DNA of 64,000 nucleotides from Perna viridis (lineage: Eukaryota), in NCBI GenBank assembly GCA_037379345.1, contig CM074515.1:5642001-5706000 (forward strand), read 5' to 3'. The notes under the pieces are model-generated. The model searched no databases. It saw nothing but the letters and a program-made list of their open reading frames with translations, and was not told where the DNA came from. Numbering within the stretch: position 1 is the stretch's first letter; each line of letters opens with the position of its first letter. Position numbers and translations under genes: made by a program. Positions 1-13,084 of the stretch are shown in pieces.

Positions 1-1847
1 TTAAGACATTACGTATTTATTTAGTATTTTAAAAATGAACAGACAAGAGCTTAAAATGCTTAAGTTGAGTGTGTAGAAAATTTGCATTAATATCATATTT
101 CCGTGTTTAATAGAATTTCAGTGGATATGTAATTTTGAACTTCTATTTTGATTAAATTACAAAAATTATGAAATTTGGTATTGTATGAATAATTCTACCG
201 TAGTATAGATGACAAATGTACCATTCATTCAGTTCTCATGGATCAGCTGATTGTCTCAGCACCAAGAGTCGTGCAGCAGAAGTTTCTTCAGAATCACATA
301 TGTACGTACATTGTTTATGTTTCATGTTAGTTCATTACTTTTACTTCTCGAAAAAACTGAAACACAATCCATCCATTCTGAAACAAATATTCGTAAGATT
401 TAATTACGTTAACATCGTTAACTAGAACATTATATTACTGAATGTAGATATATTTTAATAAACCTTTTTATACCCAACCATTTATACTAGCAAGGTTTTA
501 TGTGATACCCGACGTTTTAAGTTGACAGGTATGTGTCCGTTTATCTGCCTGTCTCTAGGGGATACTTACAATAACAGAACAAGTTTTTTTTCAAACTTAA
601 CTGTTCTTTAAAATGCAGAACATATTTGATTACAGTACAAACCAATTTGCAGTTTTGGAGTTTAATATTATGATGTAAATTATGTTATTCATCTTTTAGT
701 GATTTTTAGATTATTACATGGGAACAGATGGAAGAATTTTCTGCCTACTCTGCACCAGAGATAGGGTAATTGTAATTGAAATCATTAATCAGTTGTAATC
801 GATTACATTTCTCATGTAATCACTGTTATCATTAATCATTATTAGTTTAATCAATTATCCCCTGTAATCAAAATCACTTTTTGATATAAATCTCAATTGT
901 GTCTCTGAACAATCTATTTAAGTATAATGTCCAAAAAAGGTCATTAAAGTGTTTAAATCTTTATTTTTCTTTCTCAATTTTATAATTCAATAGATTCATG
1001 TTAATCATAAAACCTGCTCGTTAGAAAAAAGAATTACAATTATCAAGAATATTCAATCTGCAAAAATATATCTTTCAAGAGGATAATGCTCATCGTTGAC
1101 AATGTTTATTATATCTTTTGGCTAATAAGAGGCAAAAGGGAAGAGAAAACATCATCTGAAAAGTAACACAATTTTCTTATGAAAACTTCAATAAAGATGG
1201 TACATTTCTTCTGATGAATAGTAATGTAATTAAAAGAATCTTTCTAATTTTTTCGTCTTCTGCTATAGAAAAATGGGAAATGTCTTACATGGAGAAGATT
1301 GGAAATGTTTTCGTTTTTTTTTAATCCTATGAAAATGTATTCGATGTTCTAAAAGGAATATGCAATAACAGGACTGGTAACAACTGTATATCATATAATA
1401 TGAATACATGGGAAACAAAGAAAAAGTTGAAAAAAAGACGCTCGTGTCTTTTGACATAGTTATGAATGTTCGACCAATCTGAGACAGGCGAAGTAACAAA
1501 CGATTTAACGCGAGCACCTTCATTCCCAAAACAACACACTGCAATAGCAATACAAGGCACCTTGAGAGACGGAATACCTTAACCAGGGATGCTTCCTTAA
1601 CCACAAGGGAGACAGTTTTCTCTTAATACTACCAACATATCTGAAAGTCAAGATTTTATTCCATTTGAATTTATAAAAAATGACGACATCCTATAGATAG
1701 CAAAAAAAAACGCGCATGAACGAACGAAGGACAATTAGATATTATGCACTAGATTTGCTTTCACCGTTGAAAGTATCAGTTTTTTAATGATCGTTTCTCA
1801 ATTCTAACAGTCGAACACAGCTGTCCACAAATTTCAATAGCAATTTA

Positions 1848-1885
1848 CTGATGCGAACTTTAGGTTCGAAACACGTGTCCTACGT
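1848..1885 (+). ncRNA. Minimal type I hammerhead ribozyme motif (degenerate copy 1)
   Basis: CTGATGC-GAAC-TTTAG-GTTC-GAAAC-ACGT-GTC^CTACGT: core CUGAUG(A>C), perfect 4-bp stem II, GAAA, palindromic stem III, GUC cleavage triplet. The 5' strand of stem I is missing. Confidence 0.6.
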
Positions 1886-2350
1886 GACTTAATTGTGTCA
1901 AGCTCGATATCCTTCAGCTTGATGACTTCATTTTACTATTTTTTAAGCAAGATTAAGCACATGAAGTCAGATGACTCCCCTAGCATGGACAGTCTTAGTT
2001 CAACCCACCCCCAAACGAACAAACGATTTGACGGTGCAATTGGGATTATCTCCTTCGCTGCGAGCGGTGGGCATATGGGCGCATATACATATACAAATTT
2101 TAATTTTACATGTATGCACATGTAAGTAGTCTTAACCTTTTTGAATTAGTTTGTCTGAGGGTTGGGGTTGGGTAAACTTCCACTGTAAATATAATTTATA
2201 TGGTCGATGATGGATAATTTAGAGTTGATTCCTATATTTAATGTTTCTGATATGAAATTTGATTTTCCTCAAGTCAGCGTATTTTTGTTAAAGTTTTACT
2301 TCTCCTCGATTGCGACTATTTTTTAACTGATTTGACCATACTTTTGATAA

Positions 2351-2393
2351 ACGTAGCTGATGAGACTTTAGGTCCGAAACACGTGTCCTGTGT
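2351..2393 (+). ncRNA. Minimal type I hammerhead ribozyme motif (copy 2)
   Basis: ACGTAG-CTGATGA-GAC-TTTAG-GTC-C-GAAAC-ACGT-GTC^CTGTGT: intact core boxes, stem I of 6 bp with two G-U pairs, one extra C after stem II. Confidence 0.7.
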
Positions 2394-4479
2394 GACTTAA
2401 TTTTGATAACCTCCGGCATATCCTTGATGACTCTATTTTAATTTGTCTTTGTCCTATGGGTTGTGAATCTGGATTATTCATTAGTATTTTTTCACTATAG
2501 TTATGATAAAAATTACCGACTTTGAATCCATATTTTATGACAATTGAAATAATGGCCGGTCATTTATTTTAGATCAATGATAGAAAATGGTACATACCTA
2601 GAAGGGAAAGAGAAATTGTCTACACTTTCCCAGCTAGTCTTTATGATAAGCATTTTGATATTGTTGTCCCGGGTCATATCTTCTCTCGATATATCACCAA
2701 TATCAGGGTAAGAGGGGCCATTTCTTTTCAAGCTTATGATAGAGGACTGGTTTGATGAACAACTTTCACTGTGACTTGACGGACTTGGCATTGATTTGTC
2801 TGAAATTTCAGTGGATGCCACTTCTGGTTCCGTTGCTGATCATCTGAATGGACATTGTCACTACTTGTATTATCTAGAATAGATATTCGTTTACGGAAAA
2901 GGAATCTATCTTTTAACAAGACTCTGCTGCTTTCTTCGTTTTTAAATTTTTTGCGGAAGTATAACTTTGTAACGTTTAAAATCAAAACAAGTTAGGAAGA
3001 GAATTGTGATAAATCCGGAAATATTTCAATCGGTAGTATCTCGTTTCAAATTATCACAGATTCAATACACAATAGACCCGCCATATGAACATTCATACTT
3101 CAGTTTTTCCCATGGCTATAAAAAAAAATAAGACCACCATCCCTACTCATAGGAAATTTTTGTGCACGCAAGTGCGTCGCTGCGTCAATGGTAGCTACGC
3201 CACTGCCTTCAAGTATATAACTTATCGAAGCTATGTGACAATCTGCTCTTTTTACATCGTATCAAACTTCCAGCTGGTAAGAGTGTGTCAAGTATAAGTT
3301 TACATCCAGGCAACCGTATCAGTACCAATCTACTGAGATACTGATGATCTGATGATTCTATAGACTAATATATGATATTGTCAGACCATACACTTTGTGT
3401 AATTTTACTTAAAATTACAGCAATGAAACTATTCCTCATCCCATTATAACTGTAACTAGATACTATTGCCAGTAATATTGTAGAGTTAAAAAGGAACAAT
3501 AATACATTTTTACAGAAGATTTTTTTAATAAACTTGATCTAAAGATTATAGTTGCTCAAAACTACATTTTGTTCATGGTTTTTTTTATTGTATCCTGCAA
3601 AGTAGAAGGTAGGTAGTGATCATGTCGTCTACCCGTCTCCTTTTAAATCCTAAATTCTCTAAAACCAGTGAAAAGAATTACATGATGCCATTGCGCCCCT
3701 CCTATCTTGATTTTCATATTAACGATTTTTCTCATAATACAATTGAGAACCTACGACTTTGTTTTTTTCATTGAATTTTGGAGTTCCTTGATGTAAAACA
3801 TCATTAGTTGACCAGGAAGGGAGGAGTGGCGTTACTTCTTATTCGCAACTTTAGCAAACTGTTGAATGGATTCAAAGCAACTTCCACGCATACTTAATAA
3901 ATGATGTTATTGTGCATCTCCTTTTTTTTTGTTCTATCACTGTAAATTTCCTTTGGGGTTTCCCGATGCATAACATGGTCTTTCATTGGTTGAACGGGGA
4001 CGGCATTCCAAGTTGCTTATTTACTTTTACTCCTTTGTACCTGTTATATTGTTTTTTTTTCATGTTATTTGTTGTGTGTGTCTGATTTCCCAGTATATTT
4101 TTTATCCGTGAAATATATTCTTTTGATTTCCGCGCTAATCTTGGTTCCCTTGATTTTTCTCTGTAAGCCCAAATTGAATTCATTTCGTGCAATGAAATTT
4201 TCAGACATACTTTATCACATGATACTATTGTAACCTCCTATTATGCTTACCCCCCCCCCCCATCTAAACGAGTATTGAGGTTTTCAATATTATTCTGGAG
4301 AGTGTAGCTGGGGGTATCACCAAGCGAGTTTTGCTCACAGTTTTTCTAGTTCGGTATTGTTAAATAAAATAACATTCTTCATAGAATGTAATCTATCATT
4401 TCCATTCTCTTATTTGTTTGTACCTGTGATGATAAAATAAATACAAAAAATACCAGTTTTATATATTGTAGATTTTGAT

Positions 4480-4523
4480 ATGCTGTGCACGTGCTTCAAG
4501 GAGTAACCTCTCATCAGCAGCAT
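4480..4523 (-). ncRNA. Degenerate minimal type I hammerhead ribozyme motif (different family)
   Basis: Minus strand ATGCTG-CTGATGA-GAGG-TTACT-CCTT-GAAGC-ACGT-GCA-CAGCAT: perfect 6-bp stem I, stem II, palindromic stem III. The conserved A15.1-U16.1 pair is replaced by G-C. Confidence 0.5.
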
Positions 4524-5659
4524 TAAAGTCAAATATGTAGGAAGATCATAATCGAAATATTAGTTGTATACAAGAAGTACTCATAATCAAATCTATCGAA
4601 AGAGGAAGCCAAATCTATCACCGAGAGGTTCTACCACATGCAATGCAAGCAATGAAGCCTCGGTGTTTTACGTATTTTTAAATTTGGAATACTGCAAGAT
4701 TTCATAAATACGGTAGATAAAATGTGATATTATAAATTTGTTTTATCGTTGTAATGATGTTATGGGTACATATTGAATAGATTACAACACCCTAAAAAGT
4801 GGTATTAATTGATGGGGAACTAAATATCCTCAGGGCGTGAGCTTTGCCCCAAGTTTGTATTTAATAGACAGGTGAACTTAAAATGTTAATTTTGGCGGTG
4901 ACTGTAGAAAGAATGATTTGTAAAGAGCTACTCAGAAGATGAACATGCATAGATTTAGTTCGGTAATGACCCCTAATGAAATACAGAAAATACTAAGTAT
5001 GATTAGTATAACTTGGTTTTGTTTATTGTTTATTGTTTATTGTTACTCAGTATAGAAATTTTACATATATAAGTATTTTTAATTTAAAAGCTTACGATAA
5101 CTGAATTTGTAAATTGTAACAACAGTTACAGTCAATTTGCTGATCAAACAAAAAATATTAGTTATCTTATCGAGCGCAATATGCCTAAATGCGTACGGTG
5201 TGACTCCGCACAATATGTTGTTTTTTTAGTTGTTCTTTAAGTTTTTTGAACGACTATATATTTTTGTCCTATTCGGAAACGAACGGCCTCTTCCATATTC
5301 GTAATTAATGGAGGCAAATTCTATTTAAACCAAAGTAAGATGGTAAATGAATAGAAAAGACAACACTGCAAAGTGGAAATTTTTACTTTACTCAGGCAGA
5401 AAGGGTGGTATAATCCACGAAGTGGGTCAAAACGTTGGGAAGAAAAACACATAAATTAGAGACTGGTGTAGGTAACATTGCACACCACAACTTCGAAAAG
5501 TAAGTTTAATTTATATTCAGTTTCTTTTTTTCCGTTGTAACAAGGGAGTCAAACCTATTTCAACTGATTTTAGGTGGGTATAGCTGTGTACTTTTTTCCC
5601 CACAGTGGCCAGATTTTAAAGGGGAGGGTTGTAGTCACGCCAAAGTACTTCAATCCAGC

Positions 5660-7560
5660 TGAATTTTTTTTGCTCCATACCTATTCTTGTTATATTTATC
5701 ATATTCATTGCGCCAACCAATAAAAACAAATATGAGTCCAAAATGCAATTACAGGAGGTCATTAATAGCACTCCAAAGAATGACGTCTTGTTAGTAATAG
5801 GAGACTGTAATGCTAAGGTTACCGGAACAAAGTTTTCACCTAAGACTAGATACAAGATCTATTGCAATTGGATATCGTTTAATGGAAAGGTCGAAAAACA
5901 AATCGACCATGTGCTCAAAACAAAACGAATAAAGCAAAGGAAGCAGAAACAAGGTTGAAAAAAGAAGGAATGATACCACCAACAGCCAAAAACAAGGACA
6001 GCATATTCGGTTGAATTCAAAAATAGAATCCAAGTACTAGACAAACTGAACAGTGTAAAAGACATGGAAGATGTGGATGAAATGGAGCATTGAAACATCA
6101 TATCAATAACAGCAGGTCAGAACGATTGAAAGAAAACTAAACGAAACAGGAAAGAGAGAGGGTAAAGAGAAAGCATGAGTAATGACTGAAGAAAGTGGAC
6201 AGAAGGTCTGATGAGCGAACAGATACACTGGCTAGTAATGGTAACATAAGCCATAATGGAAGCGTGGGTATAGTGCGTTATATAACTTGGTTTACCTCAC
6301 CATTTTCATGGGAAATGCCCGTACTTGTAAGGTTTACCTTGGAATTGCCATTTGTCATACGGACTTCCCCTTTTGACTATTCTCCTAGACAATGGCCTAG
6401 AGTCGATTAGTTCTATAATAATGTCATTCCCCTTCATAAAAACAGCTAATGAGATTACAACAGAGAAGTAAATGACAAGCATGGCAATATCGTGAGCAGC
6501 CAGGACAAGAAAAACAAAATGTGGAAAAACACTTCGAGGAAGTATAAATCATGGCAAGAGATCCCACAAGAAGTAGAAAGTGAAGATAAAATGATGAATG
6601 AGATAGATTCGGGGATCAAACAGGTGGATGAAACCAACAAGGCAATGCAAATGTTGAAGAACGGCAAATCTGAAAAAAGTGGATATATTAAAGGCAGACT
6701 AGGCAACATCAACAGTAATATTCTTAGAAAAGCTCTATACAACAATTCAATATTTGCAGCCATATGGAAACAAGAAACTTATCAGCCGCTTGGAATAACA
6801 GCTTAACTGTATTATTTCCAAGAAAGTTGCTAGATCAATCTGCAACAACTACAGAGGCAAAATATTTTGGTAGGGCCTAGCAATAATTTAAATAGAGTGG
6901 TGAAACAAAGAATCCAAGACGAAGTAGAGGAATAACTGCGAAGGGAAGGGCAGAGCACGACCGAGCAACTGTTCATCTTAGAGCAATTTACAGAGAGGAA
7001 TATACCTTTGTTTGTTAAATATCTTGACATTGAAAATGGTGATTTAATCCACCAATAGAGGAAGTCTGTCGTTTATCATGAATTTCTACGGCATCGCAGA
7101 TAAGTTGGTCAAGGATGGTAAAACTACTACATGTATACGAAACTTTCAACTACACAGTGGTAGTAGATGAATAATTAGAATGGTCCAGATTTACAACAGG
7201 AATAACACAGGGCTACATCTGGTTACCTTTTCCTTTTAGTTATTGTTTTCACAGTGGAAAAATAACAATAGAAAGGGAACCAACAGCTATAATATGGAAC
7301 CTCACAACAAAATTGAAAAAGCCTACACTTTGCTAAGGATCTGGCTTTATTATCATCAAAATACCATGATAAACAAAGTAAGGTACAAAGATTACATGTT
7401 AATGGAAACCAAGTTGCCCCAAAGATCTACGTAAAGAAACTAAAGTAATAAAACTTTACATAAAAGATTCAGTGAAAATGCAGGTCAAATTATTTAACAG
7501 TCCTTACATATGGAACGAAACCTAGAAAACAACAGAGGGAAACTAAAAGAATCTTAGGTG
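5660..7560 (+). mobile_element. Heavily decayed RTE-clade LINE (AP endonuclease + reverse transcriptase remnants)
   Basis: Fragments LQEVINSTPKNDVLLVIGDCNAKV and WISFNGKVEKQIDHVL (APE motifs GDFNAKVG and QIDHIL), KAMQMLKNGKS, STTEQLFIL and a TG-x-x-QG remnant (RT motifs). Many stops and deletions. Confidence 0.8.
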
Positions 7561-10500
7561 AAACTTGCATATATTCTCTATCACATGATCAGTTTTTGCA
7601 TTTCCACCGGGATTACTTTACGCTAAACCTCATTACAGCTATAATGGCTATGCATATTATATGTTTATAAATGTGTCCCTCTCTTCCTGTTATTTTATTC
7701 TATGCTACCGTATATCCTTCGTGGATCCCATGATTGGAATAAAGCATCTTCTTCTGCACTCATACCATTTTGTCTCCAAACACAGATTTCTACCATTGAT
7801 TAGTGGTTTTATTATGTTTTCTCTACAAATAATTCGTCGAATGATTAAACATTTACAAAATTAGAGATTTATAACCAAGAAAACCGTTCATGAATACATA
7901 AATCATATCGATATTGACAGAAATTCGATGTCTTATATACCGTCCTTGACCTTACTTATAAAATACAAATCCACACTAAAACCAGGCAGGGTACATATAT
8001 ATGTATATATCTGTGTGTGTGTGTGTGTGAAAAATTCACAGTATTACGCTTTTGTCAACAATTGTTAATTCCACTCAATTGTGTTGCTCATTGCAACGGC
8101 ACCAATCCACGCTACAACCATGTCGAAAGTGGGTTCCATTATTTTTCCCAATATAATTCATATAAAACTATTTTTTTCTCGGAAAATATATGTAGTAATG
8201 CCAGTATAATTTCGCCAAAAATAATGAGAAATATCTAAAGGTTAAGCTATAATTAAAGTTTTATATATTATTTTTTGTTCTCAATCAGATACCAATGATT
8301 AATTGACAAATCGATTATGAAATCGCAATGTATGTTACCGAATCGATTACAAATGTGTGAACAAGCATGTCAATAATATTTAGAAGAAATTTCACCGTCC
8401 ATGTTGCTGTTTCTGTGTTATACTAATGTATTAGCTATCTACCTTCTCATTGATTTGAATGTTTTGTCAAAAGTACCAAACGATATGGAATGTAGATGCG
8501 GATGCTTAAGGGCACTTATTTTCATAAATAACCATATTGACAGTTTTATCTACTTGCCTGGTTGATTGTTCACACTTACCTGCCTGATCATTCCAGTGGA
8601 CCTTACGAACAAATTTACAACTTCAAAATAAGCAACAGATTGTATAAAACAAACAATTTGTTGATAAATGTACTTCAACTTTCATATTTCAATGAGTATT
8701 ACACAAAGATTTAGTGGTACAGTTTTCAGGAAATGACGTAAAGAATAACAGTAACAGGGACAGAAGCACCCATGCATCTAAATTGCTTTTCAAACTTTAT
8801 ATGTCTTCGGTTTTCCCCGTGTCAATCCGGTGTCTGTGTTTTCTCCTAACTTTATTTTTGATGAAATGTATCATACCTCAATTCGATTGTTAGAAAGAAC
8901 GACTGCAATTGACACATAACATGACAATCTAACAAAAATTGACTGGATGCCTGTTCCATTCTGATACATGCAGTGACCAGATAAAATATTTACTAGTTCT
9001 AATAGAATTATTTTTCTCAGTTTTTTTTTCCGGAAGCATTTGATGGTGTGCACAAATTCAGTCTGCCAAATGTAGGATCGCCATTTTTCCCTTTTTAAAG
9101 TTTTTACCAGTGCATGTTTCTTAGACTCAAAAGCAACACTTGCATCTCATTAATTGCCGACGCCAAAGTCTTCAAATGCCTTAAAAACATAATAACAAAA
9201 ATGATAAGGATCAAGTTTGTAATTATTTGAATTTGCATTTGATGCACAGTAGTTTAAGCTGATTCCCACATGACGCATCGGCTTCTAGTTAATTCAATAT
9301 CTCTATTTTACTTGTGCTGTTTTTTTTTAACCCCCGCATTTTTTGGGGTGTATATAGTGATCTGCTTCTTTTCCTTTATAATTTTCTCAGCTTTACCTTA
9401 TCACAGCCGCTTGGTCTTTACGTTATGGAATTTGATTTCAGATTGATCAGTGACGTCAACTTTCAGTTTGACGACCTCGTTTATAGTTTTAATTATGCAT
9501 ACCTTTTGTATCGCGCTAGGCTTCTGGAACAGCGTTATATTTCCGCTAGAATCTTGGTTCCTTTGATTACTATTACCATATGAAAAGTGGGGTATGAAGA
9601 GGACAGTGCCCTTTAGTGAGCTTGCTCACAGTTTTTCCTGTTTTTTTCTCTTTATAGCACATTTGCTCTTTTTATCATCATTGGTAGTCAGTATTGTTTA
9701 CATGCTGGCCTGCATGTACCTGCTTAAATGACAAAAATGCCTAAAACGCCAAAAAATAATTTTCTACATCCGATTTTTCTTTCACTGGGTAATTCTTATA
9801 ACTGATGCTTTTGTACATACCAAAGCTTTTATCATACCCAATCGCATTCCAAAGACACGTGTAAGCAAGACGTTGACTCTCTTAAGAAGTGGCCGGTTGA
9901 AAATTCTTTCGGGTGAGTAAATATTTATCTATACTATCGGAAACAGGTAGAAGCGGATTTTCCTTATTTTTATTGTGGAGGTTGGTTGCCGGTAGAAATT
10001 CACAAACGATGTTCGTTGCGAATCGATAGCTATACTTTAAGTCTGATTTAGTTCAATGAAGCCCAACCCTCAATGCACTACACAGTAGATTGAGATCATA
10101 TATAAAGGCTTGCTTTAATGGCTTGGATTTAAGTCATGTTCATTCATAAAATCGGTTAACTATAAATAGAATACCAAAAAAGAATGTATTTAATCTGCAT
10201 GCGTTTTGATGAATAGCTGAAATATAAAAAAATGGAACAGTATAAATGTATGTACATAACTTGGGTTAACGTTGAGGACATCTTCAAGCGATCAATACTG
10301 ACAGTTTGAAAAACAGTTTTAAAAATAGCTCATACCAAATAGGATTTTAGGGGCAATCTGACCATTAATTGTTAATAAGTCAGATGAAATTAACTTTCGT
10401 TTTCATTTATCAATTTCACATTCGCCCGCCCCCTCCTAGGCAAGGGTTTTGGTATATCGAAAGTGGACTCAACAATGCCTTTGCTCAGTAGGATGATGCG

Positions 10501-11813
10501 ACTGATTACTTGTAATGAAATGTTTTACTCAATTATTATTTATTTAACGTGGTCAAGTTGGTTGAAAAACGTTTCTCTGGAACTTACATTAAGGCGTGAA
10601 TAAATCTTTTCTACAAATGTACTTACGAACCATTATTTAATTTCGGGTTTGTCGATTCTATACATTTTCATTGAAAACCTCACAGATAAAATACTTATAA
10701 AATATTGCTCTTAAAGTTTTAAAAGTATAGACAACATTGTTAACTTTTGAAAATTAATTCATTGAAGAAAGGGGGTTATTTTTACAGACAAATTATGGAT
10801 TTTACACATATACAAGTGTCTACAACTCCTATTTTTCACAATTATGCACTTTTTTCTGTGGGATAATAGGTTTTGGTTGCCTCACCAACTCGTTTGCAAG
10901 TTTAAATTACAATACTACAGCTCGACCAGAATAGATTGGGTTTAAATAGTATTAAAAAACTTTTTTTCCCGGTGGCCAGTTTAAAAAGGGGAAGGTTGAG
11001 ATCAAAGTACTTAACCCAAGCCCGCCGCATTTTTTTTGCGCTTCCCATGTCATTGACACCAACTTCTAAAATTCAGTTAAAAAAGAATCCATAGTTTATC
11101 ATTCCCCCACACACCCTCAAATGGGTATTAAAATAGGGCATTAGTGAAACATTGAGTGATACGTAATTGTGAAAATGGGGATGGAAAAAAAGTTCACTAG
11201 AATGGCTTAATTTGAGAACTGCATTTTGAATTTTGATGAAAATTGAACTTAACCTGTATAAAATTTACGGTATTAAACAACTGTACAGTTTTTAAAAATC
11301 ATTGGTCCGTTCTCATACTTTAGGAAGGGCTCACAAATGCCCCCTAATAATACCTCGCATCTTCGTGTGATGGGGTATAAAAATGGGCATATATCACATG
11401 GTCTTGCTCCCACAATCGAATATGCAGCCCGACTAGTATATAACACATATATACAAAATGTAGTGGAGTGGCTACATATTAGCCCCTGCAATATTATACG
11501 AATGTTATATGTCCCTGGTCATGATAACAGAGGATATATATCATACTGGACATTGATTCAGATATCTCTCTGAAAATGTCTCATCGTGAAATCGAATGAA
11601 CTGGTCGGGATGGCTATTCTAGAATTTTACAAGAACTCGGTTTGAACATGTTAAATTCCCGCCATGTGTCATGAAATTGCACAACCCCCTTGTTATTTAT
11701 CACAGCATAGCTTTGACGAATCGTTAAAAGCTATGTTAGACCAAACGCTCAAGTGATGTTTTACAATCTTGTCGCCGAATGGTATGCTAAAAATAAATCT
11801 TATATTTTGCACC

Positions 11814-11873
11814 GATTGGTTAGTTTCTGCACTTGTTACTATTTTGGGTTTTGACGTTTGTCGAGGTATAAAA
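11814..11873 (+). promoter_or_regulatory. Core promoter of the Maf gene (inverted CCAAT box, CRE half-site, TATA box)
   Basis: GATTGG at 11814, TGACG at about 11852 and TATAAAA at 11867-11873, about 290 bp upstream of the Maf ATG. Confidence 0.6.
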
Positions 11874-11984
11874 GCAGCTGGGATTCCCCTATTTGCTCGT
11901 TGTTGCCTGCTCATTCGTTCAGGTAGTCGGTGGTTGTTTGCCCTTGGACCGCCGCTACGTTTCTGAACAAAATTAGGGACTTGT

Positions 11985-12035
11985 ATGGAAGAATTGAGTA
12001 ATCAGGAAACTAAGAAGAATAATCAAAACACGTAA
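11985..12035 (+). promoter_or_regulatory. Upstream ORF (MEELSNQETKKNNQNT*) in the predicted Maf 5' UTR
   Basis: ATGG context, 16 codons plus TAA, lying between the TATA box and the main ATG. Confidence 0.45.
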
Positions 12036-12157
12036 GATACTTTGAATCTATATTTTGTGGACTAGAACATCGTAAAACTGTTTTATTAGAATTAAGATTT
12101 TTGACCTACTTCGAGATCAACACGAGGTGATCTGCCGGCCAGCTGATCAAATCCAAT

Positions 12158-13084
12158 ATGGAACCCGACCAACATCTTGTGAATGATTACATTTCCGACT
12201 TCGATTTAGATCAGTTGTTGGATGCTTCAGAAGTAAAAAAAGAGGTAGAAGATCGGTATAGCAATTGTTGTAAGCAAAGTGTCATCTCCGCTAGAAGTGG
12301 ATCTTCAGGAGCTACCACACCTTGCTCGGATTTGAGTGTACCCCCTTCTCCAAGTTATACCGATGGAGCACCAAGTCCGGGAGATAGCAATTCAAGTGTA
12401 TTTAGCGGTCTTACTTGGCTCACACAAAGTGTATTTGAAACTGACATTAAATTGAAAACGAGTTTAAGCAGCAGTCAAAAATCTACACAGAGCCTAGAAA
12501 AGGAAATGAATGATGTTGATTGTTTAATATCTTCAAGTCCAGAATTTGTTCAGAACTTTAGCAAGTATTTGGTTTCTGGTGCTGAAGCAGGTAAACAAGC
12601 ATTATCAGGTCAGGGCTTAAATGACGACAATTGTCCACCAAGTAAAATTCCCTCTCTCAAAAGATCTCTTAGTAATTTAAGTACAAGTTCTATTAAATCC
12701 AGCAAAACTGACAGTGATACACATGCTCTGGAAGATGAAGAATTAGTTGCTTTACCGGTGAGGGAACTAAACCGCAGATTGCAGGGATTGCCGAAAGAGG
12801 ATGTACAAAAATTAAAACAGAAACGACGGACTTTAAAAAATCGTGGATATGCACAGAACTGTAGATCTAAAAGGATGCATCAACGTCAAAGCTTAGAGGT
12901 GACCAATAAAACGTTAGAGAATCAAGTCCGTCAACTTCAGAGGCAACAGGCAATTTTGATGCGCGAATGCCAGTTTTACAAGCAGCAGTGTGAAATTCTC
13001 AGGGCTAAGTGTAGTGGTGTTACTTTGCCACGTGATAGAGATGGATCATTCTCTAGCTATCCAAGCTCCCCTGACTGTCAGTAA
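12158..13084 (+). CDS. maf: Large Maf bZIP transcription factor (MafA/MafB/c-Maf/traffic jam family), intronless CDS, 308 aa
   Basis: N-terminal YISDFDL...EVKKE (large-Maf N-terminal motif and SUMO site), [14 protein letters not shown] (GSK3 phosphodegron of large Mafs), extended homology region [18 protein letters not shown], basic region [20 protein letters not shown] and a leucine zipper. Confidence 0.96.
   Translation: MEPDQHLVNDYISDFDLDQLLDASEVKKEVEDRYSNCCKQSVISARSGSSGATTPCSDLSVPPSPSYTDGAPSPGDSNSSVFSGLTWLTQSVFETDIKLKTSLSSSQKSTQSLEKEMNDVDCLISSSPEFVQNFSKYLVSGAEAGKQALSGQGLNDDNCPPSKIPSLKRSLSNLSTSSIKSSKTDSDTHALEDEELVALPVRELNRRLQGLPKEDVQKLKQKRRTLKNRGYAQNCRSKRMHQRQSLEVTNKTLENQVRQLQRQQAILMRECQFYKQQCEILRAKCSGVTLPRDRDGSFSSYPSSPDCQ

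Larger units (their letters stand above)
1435..3205 (-). mobile_element. 5' part of a decayed hAT DNA transposon (TIR plus spliced N-terminal transposase with TTF-type zinc finger)
   Basis: The minus strand starts CAGTGGCGTAGCTACC at 3205 (hAT-type terminus). An exon ending ...DIGDISREDMTRDNNIKMLIIKTSWESVDNFSFPS-AG|gtatgt (2598) joins ttcag|A (1640) in frame to give RYVGSIKRKLSPLWLRKHPWLRYSVSQGALYC...(frameshift)...FVTSPVSDWSNIHNYVKRHE. This is the WLxxxPWLxYS...C..C...W...HE pattern of TTF zinc fingers in hAT/ZMYM1/THAP12-like transposases. It is frameshifted and 3'-truncated. Confidence 0.7.

Noticed and set aside
11985-12157. uORF as a spliced first coding exon of Maf (AC|gtaaga at 12032)
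   Set aside because: The in-phase AG nearest the main ATG (12125-12126) is followed immediately by an in-frame TGA, and there is no polypyrimidine tract.
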